Virus record (IMG/VR): IMGVR_UViG_3300036406_001149
Source: a virus
Length of the DNA: 64,000 bases
Direction: 5' to 3' (one strand)
Shown: one piece after another, positions 39,823 to 50,173 of the stretch
Numbering within the stretch: position 1 is the stretch's first letter
Layout: each line of letters opens with the position of its first letter
The notes under the pieces: model-generated
The model's input: the letters and a program-made list of their open reading frames with translations, nothing else
Told to the model about the DNA's origin: nothing
The model's database searches: none
Program-made: the position numbers and the translations under genes

Positions 39823-40647
39823 TTATATACGATATTCTATTTTATCAAAAAAAATATTTGGATCAAAATCCCAGAAATAATTTAGACTCTTATTTTGGTT
39901 TAATTCAAGAAGTTTAGTTCCAGACAAACAGTTTTCTTTTAATAAAGAATATAGTTCTTCATGAGTTAAGGGTTTATCAAACAATGAGCTTTGTCCCCTA
40001 TTATCACCATGAATATGGTTTGCACTCCATCCATATATTCCTATGTGACCATGCCGGTTGGTTTCTGGGGCTATTGTAGTCATATTATTTTTGACTAATA
40101 TATTTTTTAAATCTAAATCTAGGCCGTCAATCTCTTTTATAGAATCGTAATATGGCTTGACATATTTTATAAACTTAAACCTACTAATTAAACAGGATCG
40201 TATTGATGTTGCTGAACGAATTATTTTATTAGGATTTCCTTTTGGTTTTTCCCATGCTCCTATGTGGAAGTATAGTATATCATCTTTGTCTAGTGCTCTG
40301 TCTTGACATAATTGCTCACACAGCATTAAATAGTCTTTACTGATTAAAATGTCGTCTTCTATACTTATTACATAATCATAATCCGTATTATCAAAAGTAA
40401 ATTTTACAGAATCGTACCAGCTATATTTACCAGAGTTTCTTGGCCAATTGATACGAATATATTTGTCTGTTATGACTTTGTCGTAGTCTACTGAATATCC
40501 ATGTATTGGGTGGGGGTCAACAAAAACATAAGTCTGGAATTTATCAGAATTTTCTGAGTTGTTTTGATATTCAAGAGATAATTGCAGCATGGCTGATCTA
40601 TCATAATAAGTGGATCGAACTATTGCTATATTTTGTGTTTTTTTCAT
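39823..40647 (-). CDS. Glycosyltransferase-like protein (GT-A)
   Basis: YVFVD...VISIEDDILIS...HGHIG. Confidence 0.6.
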   Translation of the reverse strand: MKKTQNIAIVRSTYYDRSAMLQLSLEYQNNSENSDKFQTYVFVDPHPIHGYSVDYDKVITDKYIRINWPRNSGKYSWYDSVKFTFDNTDYDYVISIEDDILISKDYLMLCEQLCQDRALDKDDILYFHIGAWEKPKGNPNKIIRSATSIRSCLISRFKFIKYVKPYYDSIKEIDGLDLDLKNILVKNNMTTIAPETNRHGHIGIYGWSANHIHGDNRGQSSLFDKPLTHEELYSLLKENCLSGTKLLELNQNKSLNYFWDFDPNIFFDKIEYRI

Positions 40648-40687
40648 ATCGTTTCTAGCTGTGACTCAGTTTGTTTTGCATTAATAC

Positions 40688-41308
40688 TTAAGTAGTATAT
40701 GGGACTTGACTATACGTTTTATCTGTTCTCCAGTCAACATGAACAAGTCTTATTTTTTCAAATAAATTTATTGCCATAATACCAGACTGTTTAGCTAATT
40801 CTCTAAAATGATTTTCGCAATTCATTACTCCTAAATTCCAATCTTTATTGAATTCAATATTAGTATGTTTATAAATCCAAGCATCTTGACAAATCTCCGG
40901 ATTAATTTGTCTTGTGTTATTTGGGTTATAAGTACCTCCAGATGGAATTATATTGCCATCTTTTGTTAAGTCTTTTCTTGTTAATACATATAATCTATTT
41001 TCCCATTCATTTATTTGATCCAAAAAAGATAATGATTCATCAAAATAAACATCAGAATTAGATAGTATTTTTATATCTTCTGGATATTCTTTATCAGCAT
41101 AGTCCATCCACATTTTATAGGAAAGTCTTGTTTGTATTGGAACAACAATCAACTTTTCATTGAAAATGTTGTTGAACTCGCAATTATCAACAAATAGAAC
41201 TAGTTTGTCTATTCTTTCATTAGAAAGGTTTTGATATAAACAGTAAAGATTGTAAGTTAGAATTTCGGGTGTGGCTTTGAACCACTGGGTGAATAGTATT
41301 TTATTCAT
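40688..41308 (-). CDS. Glycosyltransferase-like protein (GT-A)
   Basis: ILSNSDVYFD...CQDAWI...LGVMNCENH; ATG 41308 overlaps the stop of the cupin remnant. Confidence 0.55.
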   Translation of the reverse strand: MNKILFTQWFKATPEILTYNLYCLYQNLSNERIDKLVLFVDNCEFNNIFNEKLIVVPIQTRLSYKMWMDYADKEYPEDIKILSNSDVYFDESLSFLDQINEWENRLYVLTRKDLTKDGNIIPSGGTYNPNNTRQINPEICQDAWIYKHTNIEFNKDWNLGVMNCENHFRELAKQSGIMAINLFEKIRLVHVDWRTDKTYSQVPYTT

Positions 41309-41498
41309 TAAGTCCTCCACTAGTTTCCCTTATAATATCGTTCTGGGACAACTCTGTCCAGTATATTTCATAGGCTATAGTGTCTTCTAATGCTTCAAAC
41401 AAATGATATTCTTTTGGTTTTACTACGGACATTTCTTGATCAGATAATGTTGTTTCATCAATAAGGTCGTAGTCATTTTTCCAAACTTTTATTTTTAA
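41301..41498 (-). pseudogene. 3-prime half of a cupin gene, 5-prime end replaced by the junction repeat
   Basis: LKIKVWKNDYDLIDETTLSDQEMSVVKPKEYHLFEALEDTIAYEIYWTELSQNDIIRETSGGLNE*; an in-frame TAA lies two codons upstream and there is no start codon at its 5-prime end. Confidence 0.7.
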
Positions 41499-41591
41499 TT
41501 TCGTTTAGTGATAATATTTTCATGATAAAAGCTTTTTTATAATTTCAAAGACTTTCTGTGGACATTCTTCTGAAAATTCTTTCAGATTAGC
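41489..41591. repeat. Junction repeat copy A
   Basis: 103 bp, 94/103 identical to 51807..51909, with the first 58 bp exact; encodes ...EFSEECPQKVFEIIKKLLS* overlapping MKILSLNEIKNK. Confidence 0.95.
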
Positions 41592-42327
41592 GAGATCTTT
41601 TTTCATGCATGTTTTTTTCCAAAGATACAGACAAATCTTTTTCTTTGTAGTTTTCTGTCCTAAAGTAGTCGCCATGTGGGATATGAAAAATTGGTACAAA
41701 ATTTTTATCAAATTTAAGTCGTTGTCTATTTAATCCTAATTTCTCTAGTCTTGAGTATAAATCACAATCATCATAACCATAACCATGCTGATTTCCTTGG
41801 TATAATCCGGCATTAATTATGTGTTCTTTTTTTGCACACAAAAATCCATTTAAATATTTCAAGAACCCCAAGGAATTGTCCAACGATTCATCTCCCCAAT
41901 GCCCGGTAAAAAACTCAGATTCCAAATCAAAACTTAGCCAATCGCACAAATCAATATAAGGATTCAAGATGTAATCGACATCTAATTTTAGAATATTTTC
42001 ATAAGTACAATTTTCAATTCCAATATTATAAACTTTAGACTGATTAAAGTATTCTTCATCATGCGATCTTATAATTATGATTCGTTTATCTAAAGATTCA
42101 AAGTATTTTGAATTAAAATCAGAAGAAGAACAATCGACTATTACTATTTCTTTAATTTCTGGTTTCATTAGCCAAGAATTTATGGAAGTTTGTAAAACTC
42201 TGGACCTGTTTTTCAAACCAACCACAACAGATAAGTTTGAAATGGGAGCATATGACAATGGATTTTTTTTTGTTATTTCTAATTGATTAGCTCCTATGAT
42301 ACTTGGAACTTGGCTAAAAGTGCTCAT
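41587..42327 (-). CDS. Glycosyltransferase (GT2 N-terminus, GT7-like C-terminus)
   Basis: VVVGLKNR...IVIVDCSS...LKLDVDY...GYGYDDCDLYSRL. Confidence 0.8.
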   Translation of the reverse strand: MSTFSQVPSIIGANQLEITKKNPLSYAPISNLSVVVGLKNRSRVLQTSINSWLMKPEIKEIVIVDCSSSDFNSKYFESLDKRIIIIRSHDEEYFNQSKVYNIGIENCTYENILKLDVDYILNPYIDLCDWLSFDLESEFFTGHWGDESLDNSLGFLKYLNGFLCAKKEHIINAGLYQGNQHGYGYDDCDLYSRLEKLGLNRQRLKFDKNFVPIFHIPHGDYFRTENYKEKDLSVSLEKNMHEKRSR

Positions 42328-42402
42328 TTTTTTCTCACCTTGTTAAGTAGTTTATTATCGAGTATAAATTACTATAGTTGTGTTCTAGAAGGTATTTTTT
42401 TG

Positions 42403-42963
42403 CTACAAGTATTTAAACCAGCAACTATTTTCTACCTTATCCGGTTTTCCAAAAAATTCATTTACGGCTTTCATTACTCCTGGCCAACCTTCTGTGTAAT
42501 CATGGCCGGAAATTATGCTATTTTTTTTCATTTTTGGATACCAACATTCTATATCTTTTTTTACTGATTCGTAGGAATGTCCTGCGTCTATGAATATAGA
42601 ATCGACCGAGAAGTTGTCAAATTCTTTGGCAGCTTCATGGCTTTTTGATATTATGTAGTTCAAGTTATCTTTTACTGGGGTCGTATTTTTAATAAATTGG
42701 TCTAGTATGTTCTTATCTTGTTTGTTGTAAACACTCGTCTCGGCAATATCTGATAGTTCCGAAGTTCCTTCAAACGTGTCTATCGTATAAAACTTTAGGT
42801 TTCTTTTTTGTTTTATAATTTCTGTTGCTATGAAGCATGTGCTTTTCCCTTTCCACGCCCCTAGTTCAACGAGAGTTCCACCATCCGGGCAATGGCTGAG
42901 TAATTCTAGATATTGTTTTTCCATGTTGAACCACCCATCAACTTTTTGATAAAAATGTTCCAT
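42403..42963 (-). CDS. Class I SAM methyltransferase (Methyltransf_24-like)
   Basis: VELGAWKGKST, IFIDAGHSYE, GHDY. Confidence 0.85.
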   Translation of the reverse strand: MEHFYQKVDGWFNMEKQYLELLSHCPDGGTLVELGAWKGKSTCFIATEIIKQKRNLKFYTIDTFEGTSELSDIAETSVYNKQDKNILDQFIKNTTPVKDNLNYIISKSHEAAKEFDNFSVDSIFIDAGHSYESVKKDIECWYPKMKKNSIISGHDYTEGWPGVMKAVNEFFGKPDKVENSCWFKYL

Positions 42964-43006
42964 TTTTTCCTTGCGTTATTTTAAAAGGTTTTTTTGTGAG
43001 ATCTTT

Positions 43007-43561
43007 TTATATTTCGTAAACCATTATAGTCTTTTTGAACCAACTTAAGCTACTTTTCTCTCTTAATTCTTTTTCTTTTTCTTTATTTCTTTTCCATCCT
43101 TTGTCTAAAAAAGTTTTTTCTATGTAGTCATTATCTCTTTCGTTTACATGACCTCTTCCTCCTTGCCCCACCACAGCCCAAGATAAAATTATCAGTCCTT
43201 TTGAGTGTTTTATTATATTATCTATAAATATAGATTCAAATTCTTTTGGGATATGTTCTCCGACCTCTAAAGAAACGACACAATCATATTTTTTATTTAA
43301 ATCGATTTCTTCCGCAAGGTTGATCTCTGAGCAGAGCCCTCCGGTAAGCTCTTTTGTGTTGGGGTTTCCGTCGTAACAATCGCATGAAAAACCTTCTTTT
43401 TTAAATTCTTTGGAATAGCTTCCGTTACCACAACCAAGGTCTATTATAGAATTTATTTTTTCCTCTCTTAAAAACTTAATCATCTCAGAATTAAGGTTTA
43501 TGTCGAAGTAATGGCCGTCTGAATTCATATCTAACCAAAATCCATTTTTGTGAATGTTCAA
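43007..43561 (-). CDS. Class I SAM methyltransferase
   Basis: IIDLGCGNGSY, YDCVVSLEVGEHI, GQGGRGHVNE; TTG start after AAAGGGGG RBS. Confidence 0.8.
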   Translation of the reverse strand: MNIHKNGFWLDMNSDGHYFDINLNSEMIKFLREEKINSIIDLGCGNGSYSKEFKKEGFSCDCYDGNPNTKELTGGLCSEINLAEEIDLNKKYDCVVSLEVGEHIPKEFESIFIDNIIKHSKGLIILSWAVVGQGGRGHVNERDNDYIEKTFLDKGWKRNKEKEKELREKSSLSWFKKTIMVYEI

Positions 43562-43578
43562 TTGTCCCCCTTTTTATA

Positions 43579-43694
<116 letters not shown>

Positions 43695-43695
<1 letters not shown>

Positions 43696-44108
43696 CATGA
43701 TCTCCATCTTCCTTCTGGGGGATCTCGACGACCCAATGTATGTTGAAATTCATTATAATCTATAATATAATCATTAGCATCATAATTTGTAGAACAAAGC
43801 ACTACTATTTCAGCATCAGGAGTTAAAAATTGTTGAGTATCCCATACCATTTCATTAATTAGTATTGTTTGATTTTTATACAGAGTGTGTTCGTCTTTAG
43901 TTAAGCCATTATCTAATAATACTTTAACAATACCGTTAGTACATACTATCAATTGTTTAGTTTTATAATGTGAATGTCCACCTCTAATATCATTTAAAGG
44001 CACATTGTTCACAATAAAAACTCTTTTAGGTATGAATGGTAGTGAGTCAAATTCTATTGGTAATAGAGAACCTCTACTATCTTCAAAACTATTTAGTTGA
44101 GTAATCAT
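43695..44108 (-). CDS. WxcM/FdtA-like sugar 3,4-ketoisomerase (cupin)
   Basis: DSRGSL, LPFIPKRVF, RGGHSHYKTKQLIVCTNG, VLCSTNYDANDYI; atypical tail HTLGRRDPPEGRWRS. Confidence 0.88.
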
Positions 44109-45022
44109 AAATATTTTTTAACAATTTCTAGTATAGTTTTAATATCTTTTAAAGTCAATACTTCATGGAAAGGTATTGACACTGTTTGTAATGCGTTTAA
44201 CTCACTTAAAGGACAGTTAGCGTTATCAATTTTATATACACCATTTAAATGTGCTGCATTATAATGAATACCAGTTATGATATTATTATTCTTCATTTCA
44301 TTTATAAAACCATTTCTATCAGAAATATTAACTCTATATAAATGATTACTAGTATTTGAGTAATTTAATTCATTATTATAAATGTCTTTAACAATACGTA
44401 ACTTATCTAATTTATCTTCATATAAATCAAAGTTTTGTGATGCAATATCACATTGAATACTGTTCATGTACATTTTATAACCAGCAAATTTAATTTTACG
44501 TTCCCAGTTATTATCAGCATATGACATACCATTTAATGCCATTTCTCTTAGATGGGTAATTTTTTCCAAATCATCAGAAACTATCATACCACCATCAGAA
44601 CTTCCTACTGGTTTTGTAGGATAAAAACTAAATACCATTAAGTCATTTGGATTGCATTCGTTTTTAAACTGATTCTTTTCCAATTTTTGTGCTGAGTCAA
44701 CTATTTTATAATCATCAAAACTATGTAATACATATGAATCACCAACCCAATTAATATCATCAGTAAAATTATGTTTATTACCAGATGTAATAATAGCATT
44801 TAATACTACTGGTGGTATCATCGATGGTACTGTTATTGTAGTATTTTTATCTAATAGGGCTAAGAATAAAGCACTAGTAGCACTATTAAATGTTACAGCG
44901 TATTTAGCACCCACATAATTAGCAATAGCTTCTTCGAATTTAGTTACAACATTATCGTGTAGCAAATTACTATATTTACTAGTATTAATTATATGGTTAT
45001 TTATGTTAAATAATTGTATCAT
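44105..45022 (-). CDS. DegT/DnrJ/EryC1/StrS sugar aminotransferase
   Basis: FEEAIANYVGAKYAVTFNSATSAL, IVDSAQ, FSFYPTKPVGSSDGG (PLP Lys), GYKMYM. Confidence 0.88.
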   Translation of the reverse strand: MIQLFNINNHIINTSKYSNLLHDNVVTKFEEAIANYVGAKYAVTFNSATSALFLALLDKNTTITVPSMIPPVVLNAIITSGNKHNFTDDINWVGDSYVLHSFDDYKIVDSAQKLEKNQFKNECNPNDLMVFSFYPTKPVGSSDGGMIVSDDLEKITHLREMALNGMSYADNNWERKIKFAGYKMYMNSIQCDIASQNFDLYEDKLDKLRIVKDIYNNELNYSNTSNHLYRVNISDRNGFINEMKNNNIITGIHYNAAHLNGVYKIDNANCPLSELNALQTVSIPFHEVLTLKDIKTILEIVKKYL

Positions 45023-45612
45023 TTTTTCCTAATTAATACTTGATATGTTTTTTTAATTAATTCATAATGGGTTTCATATTCATTTAAAAATTTATCAATA
45101 CCAAACCTAGTTGCTTCTTCATTGTACATCTCACCCCATGAATAATCATCAAACACAATAATGCCATTTTTTTTACATAATCTAAAAGAATTAACAGCAT
45201 CAATATAAACAGCTGATGCTCTATGGTCACCGTCAATATATATTAAATCAAATTGGGATTCGTATTTTTCAATTAATTCAGGAAATATATTTGAACTAAT
45301 ATTTCTATATAATTCTAATTTATTATTTTTAATATAATGATTTGTATTATTTATGAATCTGTCATATTGATTATTAAAATATTTATAAATAGTATCATTA
45401 TTAACAACATCAGTATCATTTAATTCGGTGTTTAAGTAATTATCAGTTAGTGGGTCAACACAAATTAATTTACCATTTTCATTTAATATGTTATCAATTA
45501 TATAATTTGATGTTAATCCTTCAAAACAACCAATTTCTAAACATAGTGATAGATTATTAATACCATGAGTATTATTTTTAAATTCTTGATTCCAATTGTG
45601 AGTATATTCCAT
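45019..45612 (-). CDS. Class I SAM methyltransferase (Methyltransf_24-like)
   Basis: LEIGCFEG, LIYIDGDH, IVFDDY. Confidence 0.85.
   Translation of the reverse strand: MEYTHNWNQEFKNNTHGINNLSLCLEIGCFEGLTSNYIIDNILNENGKLICVDPLTDNYLNTELNDTDVVNNDTIYKYFNNQYDRFINNTNHYIKNNKLELYRNISSNIFPELIEKYESQFDLIYIDGDHRASAVYIDAVNSFRLCKKNGIIVFDDYSWGEMYNEEATRFGIDKFLNEYETHYELIKKTYQVLIRKK
45309..45369. repeat. 61-bp exact direct repeat, copy inside the methyltransferase gene
   Basis: Identical to 48350..48410 (encodes QYDRFINNTNHYIKNNKLEL). Confidence 0.95.
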
Positions 45613-45618
45613 AATTTT

Positions 45619-46092
45619 TTATTTTTTTAATTTAAATTTAGCCATTGTACCAACTTTTTCTAATAAGTCTAAGAAACTTAAGACTTCTTGATATTCCGCT
45701 CTATCAAAATCATGGATAAAAATAATAGTATCATCGTGTGATATTGATTTAGTTATTGAAGCACAAGAAACTCTAGCTCTACCATCAATTAAAATAATAT
45801 CAAAAGGACCTTTACCTATTGGCGCTTCTATGTAAGATTTAAATTCATCGTATGTACCACAATGACCACCTTCCATATACGGTAAATCAGGTGTTTTTAA
45901 TATTATTTCACAGTTATTTTGTAATTCATTTTTTAATTTATGATACCACTCTTCTTGATGTTCAATCGATGTGATGAATTTACATCGTTTAGCGATTTCT
46001 TTTGTTGAAATCCCTGAACCATATTCCAATACCAACGAATTGTTATTTATATGATTCATAAAAAAATCTTCTTCTAGTTTATCTGTAAGCAT
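45619..46092 (-). CDS. Class I SAM methyltransferase-like protein
   Basis: VLEYGSGIST, SIEHQEEW, ILIDGRAR, FIHDF. Confidence 0.78.
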   Translation of the reverse strand: MLTDKLEEDFFMNHINNNSLVLEYGSGISTKEIAKRCKFITSIEHQEEWYHKLKNELQNNCEIILKTPDLPYMEGGHCGTYDEFKSYIEAPIGKGPFDIILIDGRARVSCASITKSISHDDTIIFIHDFDRAEYQEVLSFLDLLEKVGTMAKFKLKK

Positions 46093-46849
46093 TTTGCATC
46101 AATTCTATGTAGCAGATCCATGTGTAATCGAGTCTTTCTTCATAAAATAATTCATATTCATTAGCCTGATCACTAGATAATAATGGGTTTGGGGTTTCAT
46201 ATTTTGATAGCCAATCACAACCCCATCTAGTTTTGACATCAGAGAATATTGGAGGCATTTCTTGATATATTTCTATGGATGATTGAAGAGTTTCAAAATC
46301 AGATAATGATGGCTGAAACCAAGATTTATCTCCCCCTCTATCTATCACATATTCTTTTTGAGATAATATTTTTTTAGGACTATAGCAATCTCCTTGGTCA
46401 TATGGATAGTTGTCTTCAAACATAATATGTATAAATTTTTGGTTTACACAATGTTGTATTCTGTTTATGCAAGACTGGTGATCATCAAAAAAGACTAAAG
46501 CTTCGGAAGTATCTAAAGATTTTGCCCAATCTATAGCAGTGAAATCATTAGTTATATATTGTGCTTTTGGAATAGTTATCTCACGATACTGGTGCATTGG
46601 ATCTATGCTTATGATGTAAGATTCTGGACTAGCTTTCTCAAAAAACCAAGTCCCCTGACCTTTCCATATTCCGCTTTCTATAATATATTTTGGTTTTAAT
46701 TTTTTAATAACATACCAAGCATTAAACATATGTGCGGATTTCATTCCGCCAGTATTATCTTTAATTGGCCTATTATTATAATGATCAAGAAATTCTTCTA
46801 GATAAAGAATCTGGTCTTTTGGATCCCATTTATTGTTATTTTTTATCAT
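46079..46849 (-). CDS. Methyltransferase-like protein
   Basis: IIESGIWKGQGTW, VFFDDHQ, MFEDNY. Confidence 0.65.
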   Translation of the reverse strand: MIKNNNKWDPKDQILYLEEFLDHYNNRPIKDNTGGMKSAHMFNAWYVIKKLKPKYIIESGIWKGQGTWFFEKASPESYIISIDPMHQYREITIPKAQYITNDFTAIDWAKSLDTSEALVFFDDHQSCINRIQHCVNQKFIHIMFEDNYPYDQGDCYSPKKILSQKEYVIDRGGDKSWFQPSLSDFETLQSSIEIYQEMPPIFSDVKTRWGCDWLSKYETPNPLLSSDQANEYELFYEERLDYTWICYIELMQNAYR

Positions 46850-47456
46850 GTATTAATAGTAGGTTTGTGTTAAATTTATAAATCATATAATCATTAGCTT
46901 TGCATGTATCTATAAATTTAGTTGTATTATGATAGTATCTACACGTTTCTAATTTATCATATGCAAGATATGTATCATAGTAACTCGGCGTATCAGTAAG
47001 CGTCATCCTACTTATAATAAATATTTTTGGATGCAATCCAAGTATAAAATTTAATGCCTCATCTCCATTATCCATAACATCAAATAGTGCGCTAGAATGT
47101 AAAGCGTCATAATCTGAAATAAAAGCATTGTTTAGATCCCAAACATTTTTGACAAAAAAATTATCTTGTTTCCACTGGTTACGAGCTATATTAATTGCCT
47201 CTATTGAATAATCTATTCCAGTATAATTGATATGTTTTAAATTTTGTTGTAATAGACCATAGTAAGCCCCGCATCCACATCCTATGTCTAATATACTATT
47301 AATAGTAATTTTATCTAATACAACTAAAAAATCTTTCCAATGTTGTGGATAATTTTCTTTAGAACTAAGTTCTTTTAGATTTAGTTCTATTTGTTTGGGG
47401 AAAATATTTTTACTATTTTTCCAAGACTCGTTTAAATTTGTTGTTTTTATATTCAT
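46836..47456 (-). CDS. Class I SAM methyltransferase
   Basis: ILDIGCGCGAY, YTGIDYS. Confidence 0.8.
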   Translation of the reverse strand: MNIKTTNLNESWKNSKNIFPKQIELNLKELSSKENYPQHWKDFLVVLDKITINSILDIGCGCGAYYGLLQQNLKHINYTGIDYSIEAINIARNQWKQDNFFVKNVWDLNNAFISDYDALHSSALFDVMDNGDEALNFILGLHPKIFIISRMTLTDTPSYYDTYLAYDKLETCRYYHNTTKFIDTCKANDYMIYKFNTNLLLIHDKK

Positions 47457-48340
47457 AATTTCTGTAATTGTTTATTAAATTTATCAATTAACTCATTCAT
47501 ATTCTTAGTAATAGCTTCTGGATGACCAAATGTAAATTTTTCAGTATAACATTCACCTCTAACATGTGGTTTAAATTCATGCACACCAATATATTTACTT
47601 TCAATAGCTTTTTTATCTTCATCTGAACCAGTTACCCATGGGCGATATATTTCAGTAAAATAATTATCAATACAATTATCTCTACTAACGCTATCTTTAT
47701 AGTAATTTACTTTTGTAAATACTTGTGTTGGGAATACATACGAATAATGGTACATTTGGATACCAGTTGCATTATATAATGTTTCACTATCAATATGCTT
47801 ATATGTTATGTTTGCATCTTGTGGATAGTTAATGGTAGGTGGTCTATGAGTTAACCATGTTGCTCCTTTAGTATATTTAAATACACGCAAAAAATTATCA
47901 CGATTTAATTCAAAGCCAGTTAAATAGTTATCAAACCCTCCGTAAAATGAACAACTTCTAATACCAACACTAGTTGGGTTTTCTTGTTTTAGAAATTCAA
48001 TCATTTTAATTAAATCCTCAGTCTTATAAACTTCATCAGAATCTAAATTCCAGATATAATCAATATCACCATTGATATGCTGCATATAGGCGCTACACTG
48101 ATCATCTTTTTCAGAATATCGACCATGCACAATTTTAATTTTATTATCTGGGTCTGGGAACTCATCTAATATTTTATTAGTATCATCGGTTGATGTAGTT
48201 CTACCTTGTCTTTGCCAATAACTTACTGGCCCTTCCTCTATTAATATTTGAGATGCAAATGGGTATACTTGTTCTAAACATTCCTTTAAAACATAATCCC
48301 CTTCAAATACAATCATTCCAAATGCTATTTTTAAATTCAT
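47453..48340 (-). CDS. Glycosyltransferase (GT2-like)
   Basis: IAFGMIVFEG...STDDT...IWNLDSDEVY...MYHYSYV. Confidence 0.75.
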   Translation of the reverse strand: MNLKIAFGMIVFEGDYVLKECLEQVYPFASQILIEEGPVSYWQRQGRTTSTDDTNKILDEFPDPDNKIKIVHGRYSEKDDQCSAYMQHINGDIDYIWNLDSDEVYKTEDLIKMIEFLKQENPTSVGIRSCSFYGGFDNYLTGFELNRDNFLRVFKYTKGATWLTHRPPTINYPQDANITYKHIDSETLYNATGIQMYHYSYVFPTQVFTKVNYYKDSVSRDNCIDNYFTEIYRPWVTGSDEDKKAIESKYIGVHEFKPHVRGECYTEKFTFGHPEAITKNMNELIDKFNKQLQKL

Positions 48341-48349
48341 TTATTCTTA

Positions 48350-48410
48350 ATAATTCTAATTTATTATTTTTAATATAATGATTTGTATTATTTATGAATC
48401 TGTCATATTG
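48350..48410. repeat. 61-bp exact direct repeat, intergenic copy
   Basis: Fills most of the 80-bp gap between neuA and the GT2 gene; identical to 45309..45369. Confidence 0.95.
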
Positions 48411-48420
48411 CCTACAATTT

Positions 48421-49062
48421 TTATGATAAAAGTTTCTCTATGATCAGAAGATCATCAAATGAATCAACTTGAAAACTTTTGCTATAAGCCATTTCAACCA
48501 TACCAATCCTACCGGAATATCTATTCTTATTCTTGAGTAAAAGTTCTCTACTGGTAATGTAAAAGGCTCCATTTTCAACATATTTTTTTGGTATATCTTG
48601 TCTCATCGGTCTATTGCTAATATTCCAATTGTCTGGAGTGCCATCTTTATTCCATCGTGGTATCCAATGCTCCTCATATACACTAAAAACAGAATCATAT
48701 TCTCCCGATAATACCATTTTTAATCCTTGGTTTATATATTTTGACTTAATTAATGGAGATGTTGGCTGAATAAAAACCAAGATGTCAAAATCTTGAAGAC
48801 TAGCAAAGTGCAACAATGCTTCTTCGCTTTTGGATTTGTCTCCTGAAATATTTTCTGGTCGTTTAACTACATTAGATCCTAATTGCATGGCAACGCTAGC
48901 AATTTTATCGCAATTAGTGCTAACCCATACATCATTGGCTTTGGATGCTTTGGCTGCGTCTATTGTATACTGGATTAAAGGCTTGCCATTAATATCAATG
49001 ATATTTTTACCTGGTATGCCTTTGCTTCCTCCTCTAGCTAATATAAGTGTTTTTATATTCAT
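48421..49062 (-). CDS. neuA: Acylneuraminate cytidylyltransferase (CMP-nonulosonate synthetase)
   Basis: ILARGGSKGIPGKNI, VSTN, KRPENISGD, IQPTSP, NRPMRQD, ENGAFY; ends EKLLS*. Confidence 0.9.
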   Translation of the reverse strand: MNIKTLILARGGSKGIPGKNIIDINGKPLIQYTIDAAKASKANDVWVSTNCDKIASVAMQLGSNVVKRPENISGDKSKSEEALLHFASLQDFDILVFIQPTSPLIKSKYINQGLKMVLSGEYDSVFSVYEEHWIPRWNKDGTPDNWNISNRPMRQDIPKKYVENGAFYITSRELLLKNKNRYSGRIGMVEMAYSKSFQVDSFDDLLIIEKLLS

Positions 49063-49068
49063 AATGTT

Positions 49069-49113
49069 TTATTTTATTTCTTTTACTCCCCAAATGTGTA
49101 GTACTTTTTTCAT
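49069..49113 (-). pseudogene. 14-codon orphan gene head
   Basis: MKKVLHIWGVKEIK* fills the gap between two intact genes; reads like a glycosyltransferase N-terminal strand. Confidence 0.4.
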
Positions 49114-49119
49114 TTATTT

Positions 49120-50154
49120 TTAAGCCACTTTATATTTTTTAAATATACTTGTATAACCAGATAAAGACTGCTTGCTTAAAATCTGGCATGTTTTTATTAT
49201 GTTTTCACGCACGCTTTCGTTATTTTCTAAATAGTATTTAGTTAAATTATAAATTTCGTTAATTTGTTCATCTAATAATGGAAATGTAAAAACGACAGGG
49301 TTTTTATACTCTAGCATTTTTTGGATGTGCATAGTTTTATCACTATTACTTTCAAAAAATATACAAGGAGTTCCATTGAGAGATGCCATTATTGATGGAT
49401 GAAATCGTCCAGAAATATAAACCTGAGCCATTTGTAGTTCTTTCATTCCCTGGTCTATATCACATTCTTTCGGTATTAATTCAAAGCCATGATCTTTAGC
49501 CAATTGTTCCATCCAATAATCTCCACCGCAGTTTTGCACTAATTTTACTTTTGCTAGTCCAGAAATCTTATCTATTAATTTTAAATATGATAATTTTTTA
49601 TTTTCTATTTGATCATGATTAGGAGGAGATGATCCCCCGCCCAGCAAAATATAATCTCCTGTTTTTATTCTGTGAGATTGCCAAGTAAACAACGCATCCG
49701 GGATATATGAATAGTCTAATTTGCTATCAATTAAATAACCCGAAATCGGATCTCTAATCACCAATTCACAACACTTAGACCAAGCTTTAAGTGCCCTATT
49801 ATACGTTTCGTTATCAAAAGGAGTCTTTGGGCATTTTGAAATCATTGCATTGACATATAAACATTTTTTGTTTATTTTGCCACAATATTCAATAACCATT
49901 AGATGTTTATCAAAATCATTCCTAATAGGAGATGTAAATATTGGACTTCCTTCTCCATTAATTATTACTATGTCACATTCTTTTATATTTTTTTCTATTT
50001 TTGTAAAATCAGTTTTTATCAGTTCATTATTGCCAATCTTTAAAATTTTATCGGGTTTTAAAGCAGATTGTATTATTTGTAACAATGCTTTTGGAGTGGA
50101 TCGACACCCCCAATTAAGCTGGTCTTCATTATACCCTATATATAAAATTTTCAT
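49120..50154 (-). CDS. Polysaccharide pyruvyl transferase-like protein
   Basis: NWGCR, IINGEGS, VIRDPIS, PDALF, ISGRFHPSIMASLNGTP. Confidence 0.8.
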   Translation of the reverse strand: MKILYIGYNEDQLNWGCRSTPKALLQIIQSALKPDKILKIGNNELIKTDFTKIEKNIKECDIVIINGEGSPIFTSPIRNDFDKHLMVIEYCGKINKKCLYVNAMISKCPKTPFDNETYNRALKAWSKCCELVIRDPISGYLIDSKLDYSYIPDALFTWQSHRIKTGDYILLGGGSSPPNHDQIENKKLSYLKLIDKISGLAKVKLVQNCGGDYWMEQLAKDHGFELIPKECDIDQGMKELQMAQVYISGRFHPSIMASLNGTPCIFFESNSDKTMHIQKMLEYKNPVVFTFPLLDEQINEIYNLTKYYLENNESVRENIIKTCQILSKQSLSGYTSIFKKYKVA

Positions 50155-50173
50155 TTTCTTAAACTACCCCTCT

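Noticed and set aside
41520-41711. 63-aa track ORF as a real gene
   Set aside because: Mostly an alternative frame of the GT gene; only the last about 24 codons are meaningful, as a remnant of a paralog of 51838..52785.
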